Assembly: GCA_963744995.1 (NCBI GenBank)
Contig: CAVUWA010000002.1
Location: 416,001-480,000 of the forward strand
From: Candidatus Eiseniibacteriota bacterium
GTDB lineage: Bacteria; Eisenbacteria; RBG-16-71-46
DNA length: 64,000 bases
Reading direction: 5' to 3'
How positions within the stretch are numbered: position 1 is the first letter of the stretch; the number at the start of each line of letters is the position of its first letter. A program made the translations under genes and the position numbers. Positions 52,390-62,978 of this stretch are shown one piece after another. The notes beneath the pieces are model-generated. The model ran no database searches, was not told the origin of the DNA, and was given only the letters and a program-made list of their open reading frames with translations.

Positions 52390-54255
52390 ATGAACCCACG
52401 CCTCTCGAGCGCCATCCGCATGCTGACCGCCGTCCTCGCCGCCGGCGTCGTCAGTGTCACGCTCGCCGCCCGCCCGGCGGCGGCCCAGGACTTCCCGCGC
52501 CTCGCCCTGTACGGCGACGTCTACTACGACGGGTACCCGGTGCTCGACGCGTTCGGCAATCCGGACCCCGTGAATCTCGATCGTATCGCCCGCTATCACG
52601 TGGTGGTCCTCGACCCCTATCCGATCACGCCGTATCACGCCGACGTCGCGGCGATGCTGCGCGCACGGAATGCGAGCATCGAGCTGCTCGGCTACGTGAA
52701 CGGTCAGTGGACGTGGAACCCAACGTTCCCGGACTCGCTCAACAACTTCCCGATGCAGTACAAAAAGGTCGTCCGCGATCTCGACGGATACCTCTACAAC
52801 CAGTACGGCGAGATCTTCGGCTCCCGGGTCGAGGTCTTCGTGAACGTGAATCTGGCAAAGCGCGACGCCGCGGGGCGGTTCGTCGTCGCGGAAGCGCTGG
52901 CCGACCTGTTCTACAACGAACTCTACGCGAGCGGGACCTGGGACGGCCTGTTCATCGACACGTTCTGCGACGACATCGACTGGGCGCAGTCGTACGGCGA
53001 GACCATCGACTACGTGCGCGCCGGCTATCCGGACTGGAACTCGTTCGCCGCGGCCTGGCGCGCGGGCGTCGACACGCTCGCGAGCCGCACCCGCCGGCTG
53101 TGCGGGGACGCCGCAATCATGGTCGGCAACTGCGGCCTCAACACGAACTACACGGTCTTCAACGGCTGGATGCGCGAGCGGTTCCCGTTCCAGGGCGGCG
53201 GCAACTGGTACGAGAACATGTTCCGCGATCCGGGCGGCTACTTCGTGGACGAGGCCCGGCACCGCGCGCCGACCCACAATCTCATCTTCGGTGCCATCGG
53301 GCCCGGCGTGAACCCGTATGCGGCGGACGGCAACCGGATCGAACGCTTCACGCTCGGCAGCACGGCGCTCGGCGACGGCTATGCGGTGGTCAGCGTGCCC
53401 GGCCGGCATACGCGCAGCGAGGACGCCTTCAAGTGGTGGTTCGACGAGTACGCGGTGGACCTCGCGACCGGGCTCGCCGCGAGCGACGTCGCGCACACCG
53501 GCTGGCTCGGCCAGGCGCTCGGGGCCGCGCATCAGATGGTGTGGGTCGGCCAGAATCCGGATGCGGTCGGCAATCCGGACTTCGAGACGGATCTGTCCGG
53601 CTGGACCCTCAACACCAATATCGGTTCGACGCTGCTGCGTGACGTCACGACGGCCGGCTCCGGCGCGGCCTCCGCGCACGTGACCGTGCCCGTCGCCGGA
53701 ACCGTGTCGTACGCGACGACGATGCAAACCACCGGCTCGATTCCGCTGTCGGCGGGACAGCCCTACGCCGCCACGTTCTGGGCCAAGGCCGACCGGCCAC
53801 GCAGCGCGTACGTCACCGCCGGCCGCCTGAGCGGCGGCGGTAGCTACGGATCCCGTCGATTCGATCTCAGCACCGCATGGCAGCGCTACCAGATGATCAT
53901 CATTCCCACCGAGTCCGGCACGGCCACTCTGCAGCTCTTCGTCGGCGGCGAAGCCGGCGACGTGTGGGTGGACGACGTGCACTTCCAGCAGGGCGTCACC
54001 AACCTCTGGCGTCGCGACTTCCAGAACGGCATCGTGCTGGTCAATCCCGCCGCGACCGCGATGACCGTACCGCTCGAGCGCGAGTACCGGCGCATCCAGG
54101 GCGTCACGGATCCGCTCGTGAACGACGGCGCGATCGTCACCCAGATCACGGTGCCGCCGAGCGACGCACGCTTCCTGATCGGCAGCGACCAGATCGGGCC
54201 GGCCGCGGTCAACGATCTGCGACCGCTCCCGCCGGGCGCCCCCGGCATCCCCTGA
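52390..54255 (+). CDS. Secreted putative glycoside hydrolase (GHL15-like) with inserted CBM4/9-like module
   Basis: Signal peptide; WDGLFIDT, NGWMRERF, WWFDEYAVD, NPDFET...VWVDDVHF (CBM), LWRRDFQNGIVLVNP. Confidence 0.7.
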   Translation: MNPRLSSAIRMLTAVLAAGVVSVTLAARPAAAQDFPRLALYGDVYYDGYPVLDAFGNPDPVNLDRIARYHVVVLDPYPITPYHADVAAMLRARNASIELLGYVNGQWTWNPTFPDSLNNFPMQYKKVVRDLDGYLYNQYGEIFGSRVEVFVNVNLAKRDAAGRFVVAEALADLFYNELYASGTWDGLFIDTFCDDIDWAQSYGETIDYVRAGYPDWNSFAAAWRAGVDTLASRTRRLCGDAAIMVGNCGLNTNYTVFNGWMRERFPFQGGGNWYENMFRDPGGYFVDEARHRAPTHNLIFGAIGPGVNPYAADGNRIERFTLGSTALGDGYAVVSVPGRHTRSEDAFKWWFDEYAVDLATGLAASDVAHTGWLGQALGAAHQMVWVGQNPDAVGNPDFETDLSGWTLNTNIGSTLLRDVTTAGSGAASAHVTVPVAGTVSYATTMQTTGSIPLSAGQPYAATFWAKADRPRSAYVTAGRLSGGGSYGSRRFDLSTAWQRYQMIIIPTESGTATLQLFVGGEAGDVWVDDVHFQQGVTNLWRRDFQNGIVLVNPAATAMTVPLEREYRRIQGVTDPLVNDGAIVTQITVPPSDARFLIGSDQIGPAAVNDLRPLPPGAPGIP

Positions 54256-54328
54256 GCGAGCCCGCCGCAGCGGCTTCGGCCGCCGCGTGGGCGCGCGCCG
54301 CACCCGACCGCCCCCGACCACCGGCGGA

Positions 54329-54367
54329 TTGACACAGGATCGTAAATAGAACTACAGTTCTAGTTCT
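54329..54367 (+). promoter_or_regulatory. Promoter (TTGACA-N18-TACAGT) with palindrome TAGAACT-AC-AGTTCTA, candidate TetR operator
   Basis: AT-rich island; IR 54347-54362 plus an offset IR AGAACTA-N6-TAGTTCT 54348-54367; TetR gene in the same operon. Confidence 0.75.
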
Positions 54368-54439
54368 GCACCGGGGGCGTCATCTTCCCCGGGGGGACCG
54401 CCATGAGGCGGCCTCCCGTCACGACTCTGGAGGTCGCCC

Positions 54440-55172
54440 ATGAACGCCGTCCCGCCGGCCGCTGCCGTTCGCGTCCAGCGTAAGCCCCCTCCGCGACGTG
54501 CTCGAGGTCGCGGTCGTTCTGCTGCTCATCGCCGCCACCGGTCTCTGGAGCCAGCGGATCGGCGATGCCACCCCCGCCGGCGCATTCGTCGGCTGGGCCG
54601 GCATCATGGGCGCGGCTGCGTGTGCGATCTGGCTGCAGCGGCGCCGCGGCGGCTCGCTGCGTGACTTCGGCCTCGGACGGCCGCAGCGCTGGGGACGGAC
54701 CGTGCTGCTCGCGGTGGCGGCCGGTGCGTTCGTGTTGATCGTGGGTGGACTGCTGCTGCAGGTGCTGATCGCCGGGCTGGGCCTCACGCCGCCCGACGCC
54801 AGCCGCTTCCGTGACATTCTCTCCACGGGGGCCGGGCTCGCCCTCGGCCTGCTCTCGGTGTGGACGTCGGCGGCATTCGGCGAGGAAATCGTCATGCGCG
54901 GCTTCGCGCTCTCGCGTCTCGCGGCGGCGTTCGGCGGCGGGCGCGGCGCCTGGATCCTGAGCCTGGTCGTCGGCTCGGCGGCGTTCGGGGCGCTGCACGC
55001 CTACCAGGGCGCGAGCGGCATGCTCGTCACGGGCGTTGCCGGCCTGCTGCTCGGAACGGCGTTCCTCATCGTCCGCCGCAATCTCTGGGTCGTGGTGATC
55101 GCGCACGGCCTGGTGGACACGCTGTCGTTCGTGAGCATGTTCCTCGCGCTCCGGGGTGGCCATGGCGGATGA
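54440..55172 (+). CDS. CPBP/Abi-family intramembrane glutamic endopeptidase, frameshifted in a C5 run (54485-54489)
   Basis: GEEIVMRG, FGALHAYQG, IAHGLVD; GGAGG RBS before ATG 54440; deleting one C gives KPLRDVLEV in frame. Confidence 0.88.
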
Positions 55173-55881
55173 GCGGTACCGGGTGCGCGCGCCGCGCCAG
55201 GCCCGCAGTCAGAGGACCCTGGACCGCATCCTGAATGCGGCCGAAGCGATGCTCGAAGACCGGACCTTCGAAAGCGCGCCGGTCACGGCGATCGTCCGGC
55301 GCGCGCGATCCTCCATCGGCTCGTTCTACGCCCGATTCGGCTCCAAGGAGACGCTGCTGGCCGCCCTGTTCGAGCGCTTCCAGGCCGACATGGTGCGCAA
55401 CGCTGCAGAACGGTTCGCCGTGGCCGAAACGCTGCCGCCGGCGCTGGCGCCGCGCGCCGCGTTCTACGTCGGCGTGGTGGTCGAGTTCTGCGCCGCGCAC
55501 CGTGGTGTGCTGCGCGCGCGCATGATCCGCAACGTCACGCGGGAAGCGCCCGGGCCCGCACGGCAGGCCGAGCGCAGCCGTGAGCTCGTGCAGCTCGCGC
55601 ACGGGCTCTTCGCCCCCTGCCGCGGCGAGATCGCCCACGCGGATCCGGTGGCCGCGCTGGACTTCGCGCTCCAGATGGTGGACGCGGTGGCCGGCCTGCG
55701 GCTGCTCGCCCCCGGGACCGTGACCGAGGGGTTCGCGCCCGTTTCGACACGGGCGCTCACCGTAGAGCTCACGCGGGCGATGACCGGCTACCTTGCGGGT
55801 CCCGAGCCTGCACGCGGCGACGGTCCCGTCCGCCGCACGGTCCCGGGGGGGCGCCACCCCGGGAAACGCGGCAGGCGCTGA
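55162..55881 (+). CDS. TetR/AcrR family regulator
   Basis: PRQARSQRTLDRILNAA, SSIGSFYARFGSKETLL. Confidence 0.92.
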   Translation: MADERYRVRAPRQARSQRTLDRILNAAEAMLEDRTFESAPVTAIVRRARSSIGSFYARFGSKETLLAALFERFQADMVRNAAERFAVAETLPPALAPRAAFYVGVVVEFCAAHRGVLRARMIRNVTREAPGPARQAERSRELVQLAHGLFAPCRGEIAHADPVAALDFALQMVDAVAGLRLLAPGTVTEGFAPVSTRALTVELTRAMTGYLAGPEPARGDGPVRRTVPGGRHPGKRGRR

Positions 55882-56073
55882 GCCTCGAGCCCCGGCGACC
55901 TTGCCCGGCCGCGTTCCCGCCCCTACGCTCCGTTCGCGTGTGCACGGCGCACCACACGCCGTCACGCACCGGAGGGATGCCGCAGCCGCGCGCGGCGTCC
56001 GGATCGAAGGGAGCGGGAGCGGTCGATGCGAACGCGACGCGATGGTGCGAAAAGGACGCTCGGCGCTTCGTCG

Positions 56074-56595
56074 ATGGCACCGGCCGGGGTGCGCGGCAGC
56101 GGGCCGGTGCGGGTGCGCGCACTCGATGGCGCCGACTGGCCCGCGGTGCGGGCGATCTACGCCGAAGGCATCGCGACCGGAAACGCGACGTTCGAGACCG
56201 AGCCGCCCGGGTGGGAAGCTTTCGACGCGGGGCACCTGACCGAGCCGCGACTGGTGGCGGAGCGCGGGGGCGAGGTGGTCGGATGGGCCGCGCTCGCGCC
56301 GGTGTCGCGGCGCGCGGTGTATGCGGGCGTCGCCGACCTCAGCATTTACGTGGCGGAGACGGCGCGTGGAGCGGGCGTCGGCGGCCTGCTGCTCGCCGCG
56401 CTGATCCGCGCCGCGGAGACGCGCGGGATCTGGACGCTGCAGGCCGGGATCTTCCCCGAGAACGCGGCGAGCCTCGCGCTGCACGAACGCCACGGTTTCC
56501 GCGTGGTGGGCCGGCGCGAGAGGATCGGCGCCATGCACGGGCGCTGGCGCGACGTGGTGCTCATGGAACGGCGCAGCACCGAGGTGGGGGCGTGA
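56074..56595 (+). CDS. GNAT acetyltransferase (phosphinothricin/YncA-like)
   Basis: IYAEGIATGNATFET, SIYVAETARGAGVG, ENAASLALHERHGF, WRDVVLMERRS. Confidence 0.92.
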   Translation: MAPAGVRGSGPVRVRALDGADWPAVRAIYAEGIATGNATFETEPPGWEAFDAGHLTEPRLVAERGGEVVGWAALAPVSRRAVYAGVADLSIYVAETARGAGVGGLLLAALIRAAETRGIWTLQAGIFPENAASLALHERHGFRVVGRRERIGAMHGRWRDVVLMERRSTEVGA

Positions 56596-56625
56596 CCCGG
56601 TGAAGCGCGCGACCGCGGAGGCGTC

Positions 56626-59040
56626 GTGATCCTGCTCGGGTCCGGGGCGGTCGTGGTGTTCGTGGTGCTCCTGTTCGTCGCCGTGGATGCGCACCGCCGC
56701 AGCGCGGCCGTCGCGCGCGAGCTCGAACGGCTGCGGCGCCGCGTGGACGCCCTCGACCGCCGCACGGGCGGTGTGGAGGCGGAGGGCGCGCCGCAGGGCG
56801 AGGTCGCGGCCGGCGCGATTTCCAGCGCCGCGGGGCCCGCCGCCCCGCCCGGGCCCGCGGCCGCGCCCCTCGTCCCGGCCATCCCCGGCACGGCGCCGGG
56901 AGATGGGGCCGCGCCGGACCCCGTCGCCGCCGCCCCGCCCGGCGTCACGGTCGCTGCCCCCGCCACCCCGCCGGCGGCAGGCCCGCGGCCCCGCCGCGAC
57001 GTCGAACAGCTCGTCGGCGGCGTGTGGCTGCAGAATGCGGGCGCGGTGCTGCTGCTCACGGGTTTCTTCTTCCTGATCCTGTGGGGGTACGCCACCGGCC
57101 GCTTCGGCCCCGGGGCGCTGGTGCTGGCCGGCGTGTTCGCCGGACTCGGCCTCGTGTGGCGCGGCGCACGCATGCGGCGTTCGGTGAGAGGCGTCGGCCA
57201 TGCGCTGATCGGCGTCGGCGCGGGCGTGGTGTGGCTGGCGGTCTACCTCGGCCATTTCCGCCTCGGAGTGCTGAACGGACCCGCCGCATTCGCGCTCGTG
57301 ACGCTGGCTTCCGTGCTCACCGGCGCGCTGGGGCTGCGTTATCGCGCACAGGGGATCACCGCGCTCGGCGTGGTCGGCGCGCACCTGCCGAACGTGCTCG
57401 AAGCGCTCGCTCCGCTCGATCGCTTCTCGCTGCCGGTCGGAGCGCTGCTCGGGTATCTGGCCGCGGTGAACGCGATGGTGTTCGCGCTCGCGGCACGCGC
57501 CGGGTGGAGCGCGCTCGCGCTGGCGTCGCTGCTGCTCACCGCCGCCACCTGGATCGGCGCGGTGCCGGCGACGCGCTGGAGCTGGCCCGCCGAGATCGGC
57601 CTCGCACTCCTGTTCGCGGGCCTCGGCCTCTCGCCGCTGCCGCGCCTGGTGCGCGCCGCAGGCCGGGTGCGCGCGATCGACCTGGCGGTGATCGCGGTCG
57701 CGCCGCTCGCCCTCCTCGCCGCCAGCGCGCCGATGTTCGCGATCGCGAATGCCCGGCTGGTCGCGATCCTGCTGCTCGCGCTGGCGGTGATCTACCTGGC
57801 CGCCTCGCTGTGGGTGGATGGGCGGCGCCCCGAGCGCGACCTGTGGAAGCCGCTCACCGCCGCCGCAGTGCTGTTCGTCACCGCCGCGCTGGAGCGCGCC
57901 GCCGGCCCCGAGCGCACCGCGCTCGCCTGGACCGTCGAGGGGGTGGCGCTCGTGCTGCTCGGCCTGCGCCCGCGCGGCATGTGGCTGCGGGTCTGCGGGA
58001 CTGCGGTGATCTACCTGGGCGGCATCGCGGTGTTCATGCGGCTCATGCTGGGCCTCGAGGCGCATCCGCTGCCGGTCGTGAACGCCGCCGCGATCCAGGC
58101 GCTGCTCGCGATCGCCGCGCTGCTGTTCGCGGCCCATCACGTGCGCCGGGCGAAGGCGGGGCTCGGTCCGGTCGAACGCTTCGTCTCGACGCTCTGGTAT
58201 CTGGGCGCGCACGTGCTGCTCGCGTTCTGGCTCGCGCGCGAAGCGCACCACCTCGCCTGGGCGCTCGAGCGCGACGGCGGCGCATGGCGCGCCGTGCGCG
58301 ACGTGCAGGCGGGTCACGTGGCGGCGCGCTACGCCTCGCTGTTCGCGGCCACCACGTCGCTGGCCTGGTTCGCGCAGGCGGCATGGCTGGTCCGGGCGGG
58401 GCTCGGCGTGCGCGGCATGGTCGCGCGGCTCGCCGCGCTCGGGCTCGCGGCGCTGGCAGCGGCCCCGATCGTCTTCATGCCATGGTACGGCACCGCATGG
58501 GGCGGCGCGGCGATCCCGCTCGTCCATCGCGACGCGCTGCTCGCGCTGGGCTCGATCGCGATCGCTGCCGTCAGCGCCGCCGCGCTCGGCCGCGCGCGCG
58601 CGCAGCTGCAGCCCTTCGAGCGGCGCATGAGCGAGATCTGGGCGGCCGGCGCCGCCCTCATGCTGCTCGTCTGGATCGGCCGCGAGGCCGATCAGCTCGC
58701 CCGGGCCATGCTCGCCATGCCGGTGGAAGCGGCGGGGCAGGGGCCGCCCGCCGCGCGCCGAGCGCTGCACGCCCTCGCCGGCATGCTGACCAGCGTCGGC
58801 TGGCTGCTCGAGGCGGTAGCGGCCTTCGTCATCGGCTGGCTCGCGCGTTCGGCGTTCATGCGCTGGATGGGCCTCGCGCTCATCGGGGTCACGGTGCTCA
58901 AGTTCCTGTTCGTGGACCTCGCGAGCGCGGATCCGTTCTGGCGCTTCCTGATCGCGATCGGCGCGGGCGCGGCGATGCTGTCGCTGTCCTACGTCTACCA
59001 GCGGCTCGGGGCGTCGCGGCGGGGACCTCCGGCTGCGTGA
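56626..59040 (+). CDS. DUF2339-family multi-pass membrane protein
   Basis: VEQLVGGVWLQNAGAVLLLTG; many TM segments; C-terminal VLKFLFVDL...SYVYQR; GGAGG RBS. Confidence 0.8.
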   Translation: MILLGSGAVVVFVVLLFVAVDAHRRSAAVARELERLRRRVDALDRRTGGVEAEGAPQGEVAAGAISSAAGPAAPPGPAAAPLVPAIPGTAPGDGAAPDPVAAAPPGVTVAAPATPPAAGPRPRRDVEQLVGGVWLQNAGAVLLLTGFFFLILWGYATGRFGPGALVLAGVFAGLGLVWRGARMRRSVRGVGHALIGVGAGVVWLAVYLGHFRLGVLNGPAAFALVTLASVLTGALGLRYRAQGITALGVVGAHLPNVLEALAPLDRFSLPVGALLGYLAAVNAMVFALAARAGWSALALASLLLTAATWIGAVPATRWSWPAEIGLALLFAGLGLSPLPRLVRAAGRVRAIDLAVIAVAPLALLAASAPMFAIANARLVAILLLALAVIYLAASLWVDGRRPERDLWKPLTAAAVLFVTAALERAAGPERTALAWTVEGVALVLLGLRPRGMWLRVCGTAVIYLGGIAVFMRLMLGLEAHPLPVVNAAAIQALLAIAALLFAAHHVRRAKAGLGPVERFVSTLWYLGAHVLLAFWLAREAHHLAWALERDGGAWRAVRDVQAGHVAARYASLFAATTSLAWFAQAAWLVRAGLGVRGMVARLAALGLAALAAAPIVFMPWYGTAWGGAAIPLVHRDALLALGSIAIAAVSAAALGRARAQLQPFERRMSEIWAAGAALMLLVWIGREADQLARAMLAMPVEAAGQGPPAARRALHALAGMLTSVGWLLEAVAAFVIGWLARSAFMRWMGLALIGVTVLKFLFVDLASADPFWRFLIAIGAGAAMLSLSYVYQRLGASRRGPPAA

Positions 59041-59187
59041 GGCGCGGGCGCCGGCCCGCTCCCTGCGATGCGGGGCCGGCGCAGTGCGCCGCCTTCCGTT
59101 CGGCGCCGCGGCCGCGCTCCCGCTCCCGCCGTCTTCGCTGTGAGAAGATCCCCGCGTTTGACTTCCCGTCGTACGTCCGGGGTGCCG

Positions 59188-60756
59188 ATGAGCGAATCCT
59201 TCTCCAGATGGCGGTGGTCGGGCGCCGCGCTGCTGCTCGCGAGCGTCGCACTGTTCGTGTTCCTCGCGTACGCCCTCGCGCCGTTCACCCCCGACGATTC
59301 CTATATCTCGTTCCGCTATGCGAGCCACCTCGCCGCGGGCGCCGGGCTCACCTTCAACACCGGCGCGCCGCCGGTCGAGGGCTACAGCAACCTCCTGTGG
59401 ATCCTGGTGTGCGCGGTCTTCGCGTGGGCGCACCTGGATCTCGTCACCTGGAGCCGTGGTGCGGGACTGGTATTCGGCGTGGGCACGCTGTGGATCGCCT
59501 GGCGGATGCTCGAGGGCCGCGGCCGGCCGCGCGCGCAGATGGCGGTCGTGCTGCTCGCGCTGGCCACGGCGGGGCCATTCGTCCTCTATGCGATCTCGGG
59601 GCTCGAGACCGCGCTGTTCGGCTTCCTGCTCATGCTCGCGCTGCTCGCCGCGGAACGGGTGGCGCAGGGCCGCGCGGGGTGGCTCGTGGCCCTCGCCGCG
59701 AGCGGGGTGGCCCTGGCCCTGTGCCGGCCGGAGGGCGTGCTGGTCTTCCCGGTGATCGTCGGTTTCATGCTCGCGACCGGCCTGCTGCCGCGGAGACGGA
59801 CGGCGGCGGCGGCCACGCTCGCGTTCGTGCTGGCGGTCGCGGCCTACCACGCCTGGCGGGTGCACTACTTCGGCGAGTGGCTGCCGACCCCCTTTCATTC
59901 CAAGGGCGCGGCGGGCGCCCTGCTGCAGGCATGGAAGACCAACCTGCGCTACCTGCTCGTGCGCCAGAATCACTACTTCGCGCCGCTCGGCTGGTACGAC
60001 CTCGGCTTCGCCGCCGCGGCGCTGCTCGGGCAGGCGGCACTCCTCAGGCGCACCGGGCGACCGTCCGCGACCGCGCTGCCGCTCGCCGTCGCCGCGATCC
60101 TCGGTGCGCTGTACATGAACTTCGTCGACTGGATGCCGGGCATGCGCTATTTCGCGCCGCTGCTGCCGCTGGTGATCGTTTCGCTCGAGCCGCTCGCTCC
60201 CGCGCCGCGCGCACCGGCCGCCACATCCGCGCGCGCCCGCGGGTGGGGCGCCGGCGTCGCGCTCGTCGTGGTGCTGGCCGCAGGGCTCGGCTCGATCGGC
60301 GTGCTCCGCAGGGACGCCCGCCTGAACGAAGCCAGCACGGCGGGCTCGCAGGTCGCCCTCGGGCGCTGGCTCGCCGCGAACGTCCCCGGCGACGCGCTGC
60401 TCGCGGTGAGCGACGTCGGCGCGATCCCCTACTGTTCGGGCCTGCCCACGATGGACATCAACCCGCGCTCGCTGACCGACGTGCAGATCGCCGAGCACGG
60501 CTGGTCGGACGCCTATTTCTTCGAACTCGACCCCGACGTGGTGGTGCTGGTGTCGTTCTCGCTGACCCGCCCCGCGTTCTACCCCGAGCATCAGGCGCTC
60601 TACGAGACCGCCGCCTTCCGGGCGCGCTACCGGCTCGTCGGCGTCACCCGCTACGACCGGATCATGGACCGCTGCTACTGGGTCTTCGCCGGGCCGCGGG
60701 TGCGGCTCTCGGCCGCCCAGATCGCGTCGCTGCCGAAAGGCGTCGGGGGCGGGTAG
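59188..60756 (+). CDS. GT-C type membrane glycosyltransferase (AftB/ArnT-like)
   Basis: DDSYISFRYA..L..G.GLTFN, VEGYSNLLW, SGLET, RPEG, DWMPGMRYF, DVGAIPY. Confidence 0.8.
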   Translation: MSESFSRWRWSGAALLLASVALFVFLAYALAPFTPDDSYISFRYASHLAAGAGLTFNTGAPPVEGYSNLLWILVCAVFAWAHLDLVTWSRGAGLVFGVGTLWIAWRMLEGRGRPRAQMAVVLLALATAGPFVLYAISGLETALFGFLLMLALLAAERVAQGRAGWLVALAASGVALALCRPEGVLVFPVIVGFMLATGLLPRRRTAAAATLAFVLAVAAYHAWRVHYFGEWLPTPFHSKGAAGALLQAWKTNLRYLLVRQNHYFAPLGWYDLGFAAAALLGQAALLRRTGRPSATALPLAVAAILGALYMNFVDWMPGMRYFAPLLPLVIVSLEPLAPAPRAPAATSARARGWGAGVALVVVLAAGLGSIGVLRRDARLNEASTAGSQVALGRWLAANVPGDALLAVSDVGAIPYCSGLPTMDINPRSLTDVQIAEHGWSDAYFFELDPDVVVLVSFSLTRPAFYPEHQALYETAAFRARYRLVGVTRYDRIMDRCYWVFAGPRVRLSAAQIASLPKGVGGG

Positions 60757-60933
60757 GGGCGCGGCAGGAACCCGGTCGCGGCGGCGCGGGGCCCGCCGAA
60801 GCGCCGCCCGCGCATGAGGTTCGCACGGGCGGGCCCGGTTGGGCTGCGCCGCCCCGTGTGCTAGTTTCCCCGGCCGTTCCCGCGCGCTGCGCCCCGCGCG
60901 CGCGCGCGTCCCGGCCGCCGATTTCGGAGAGCG

Positions 60934-61914
60934 ATGTCACCCGCCCGTTCATTCACGATCGCCGCACGTCTCGCCCTCGTGACGACGGTCACGATGTTCT
61001 TCCTGATCGTCGTCGGCTCCGTCGTTCGCACCACGGGGTCGGGCCTCGCCTGCCCGGACTGGCCGCTGTGCCACGGCCGGCTGATCCCGCCCTTCCAGTT
61101 CAACGTGCTGATCGAGTGGTTCCATCGCCTGCTCGCGCTGGTGGTGAGCGTCATGCTGGCCTCGACCGTCGTCTGGGTGTTCGCCCGCCGCGCGGTGCGC
61201 GCGCGCCTCGCCGGACTCGCCACCCTAGCCGTGCTGCTGCTCGCCGCGCAGATCCTGCTCGGGGCGCTCACCGTGTGGAAGCTGCTGAGCCCCGCGATCG
61301 TCGGCAGCCATCTGGCGGTCGCGCTGCTGCTGTTCACCACCCTGCTGCTGCTCGCGCTGGCCGCCGACCACGAGGCCCGACGCCGCTCGCCCGACTGGGA
61401 GAGGGCCGAGGTCACCCCGCGGCCGCGGCGGCTGCTGCCGCTCTTCGGTCTGGCCGCCACGCTGACCTACGCACAGGCGGTGCTGGGCGGCGCCGTGAGC
61501 ACGAACCACGCCGGGCTCGTCTGCCCCGACTGGCCCACCTGCAACGGGGTGTGGTTTCCGCCCATGGAAGGGCTCGTCGGGCTGCAGATGTCGCACCGCT
61601 TCGGCGCCTATCTGCTGGTCGTCGTGATGATCGTGTTGTTCGCGCGGACCCGGCGCGTGGCGGATGCCGGCGTGCGTGCGGCGGCGCAGATGACGCTGAG
61701 TTTCACGCTCGCACAGGTCGTGTTCGGCGTCTCCAACGTGTTCCTCGGCACCCCGGTCTGGCTGTCGGCGGTGCATCTGGCGACTGCCGCCGCGATACTG
61801 GCGCTCGCCGTGGTGGGGACGTATCGTGTGGCCTCCATTCCGGCCCTGCCCGCCGCGAGCCCCGCGGGCACCGGGCTGCGTTCCGCCACCGAGACCGGGA
61901 GAGGAGTCCATTGA
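60934..61914 (+). CDS. ctaA: Heme A synthase (COX15/CtaA)
   Basis: GSGLACPDWPLCHG, IEWFHR, second CPDWPTC, HRFGAY, AVHL. Confidence 0.93.
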   Translation: MSPARSFTIAARLALVTTVTMFFLIVVGSVVRTTGSGLACPDWPLCHGRLIPPFQFNVLIEWFHRLLALVVSVMLASTVVWVFARRAVRARLAGLATLAVLLLAAQILLGALTVWKLLSPAIVGSHLAVALLLFTTLLLLALAADHEARRRSPDWERAEVTPRPRRLLPLFGLAATLTYAQAVLGGAVSTNHAGLVCPDWPTCNGVWFPPMEGLVGLQMSHRFGAYLLVVVMIVLFARTRRVADAGVRAAAQMTLSFTLAQVVFGVSNVFLGTPVWLSAVHLATAAAILALAVVGTYRVASIPALPAASPAGTGLRSATETGRGVH

Positions 61915-62822
61915 GCGTCGCCGCGCCCCACGTGCTTCCCGAACGCGACGCGCGCCGGATCGCGCTGGCCTACCTCGAGCTCACCAAGCCCAGCATCGTC
62001 ATGCTGGTCCTGCTCACGGGGGTGCCTGCGCTGCTCATGGCCTCGCCCGGCCTGCCCTCCGCGGCGCAGTTCTTCGGGGTCACCGCCGGGATCGCGCTGG
62101 CCGCGGCGTCGGCCGCGAGCTTCAACCACTACTTCGACCGGGACATCGACGCGCTCATGCGCCGCACGGCGCGGCGGCCGCTGCCTTCGGGGCTGCTGCC
62201 GCCCTCCAGTGCGCTCGGCCTGGGCTTCGTCCTCGCCGGCGTCGCCTGGGTGACGCTGCTCGCATTCGGCAATCTGCTCGCCGGCGTCATCGGCATGATC
62301 TCGATTCTCTACTATGCGCTGTTCTACACGGTGTGGCTCAAGCGCCGGACGCCGCAGAACATCGTCATCGGCGGGGGCGCGGGCGCCTCGGCGCCGCTCA
62401 TCGCGTGGGCCGCGGTCACCGGCCATCTGGCGCTGCCGGCCGTCCTGCTGGCGGCCATCGTGTTCTTCTGGACGCCGCCGCACTTCTGGGCGCTTTCGCT
62501 CTACCGGCGCGACGACTACGCGCGGGCGAACATTCCGATGCTGCCGGTCACCCACGGCGAGGCCGAAACCCGGCGGCAGATCCTCTTCTACACGATCGGT
62601 CTCGTGCCGCTGACCCTCCTGATCGTTCCGTTCGGCGTCGCCGGTTGGATCTATGGTATTCCTGCCCTGCTGCTCGGGGCGGGGTTCATCGGGCTCGCCG
62701 CCCGGCTGTATCGCTCGCCGGGGACCCCGCAGGCGGTTGCCGTCTTCCACTACTCGATCCTGTATCTCTTTTCGCTTTACGTGTGCATGGCCGTAGATGC
62801 CCTCGTCGGGCGGCTGTTCTGA
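61911..62822 (+). CDS. ctaB: Protoheme IX farnesyltransferase (heme O synthase)
   Basis: YLELTKP, NHYFDRDIDALMRRTARRPLPSG, LKRRTPQNIVIGG, FWTPPHFWAL, DYARANIPMLP; TTG start after GGAGGAG. Confidence 0.95.
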   Translation: MSVAAPHVLPERDARRIALAYLELTKPSIVMLVLLTGVPALLMASPGLPSAAQFFGVTAGIALAAASAASFNHYFDRDIDALMRRTARRPLPSGLLPPSSALGLGFVLAGVAWVTLLAFGNLLAGVIGMISILYYALFYTVWLKRRTPQNIVIGGGAGASAPLIAWAAVTGHLALPAVLLAAIVFFWTPPHFWALSLYRRDDYARANIPMLPVTHGEAETRRQILFYTIGLVPLTLLIVPFGVAGWIYGIPALLLGAGFIGLAARLYRSPGTPQAVAVFHYSILYLFSLYVCMAVDALVGRLF

Positions 62823-62978
62823 CAGGGTGAAAGTGATACGCGCCCCGGGGCCGGGCCGGGGTGTTCGGGGGTGAGGGGAGTCGGATCCGGAGGGCTTCAC
62901 TCCGGCCGGACGCCGTGTTAGTCTGCCGCGCGTTTTTGGCGGTTTTCGATTGTCCATGGCAAAGATCGCAAGGAGATC

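Noticed and set aside
55066..62822. Very long ORFs 55066-60591 (-, 1841 aa) and 57024-62822 (+, 1932 aa)
   Set aside because: Arg/Ala/Gly-rich shadow frames of real genes in high-GC DNA; only the last 303 aa of the + ORF (ctaB) are genuine
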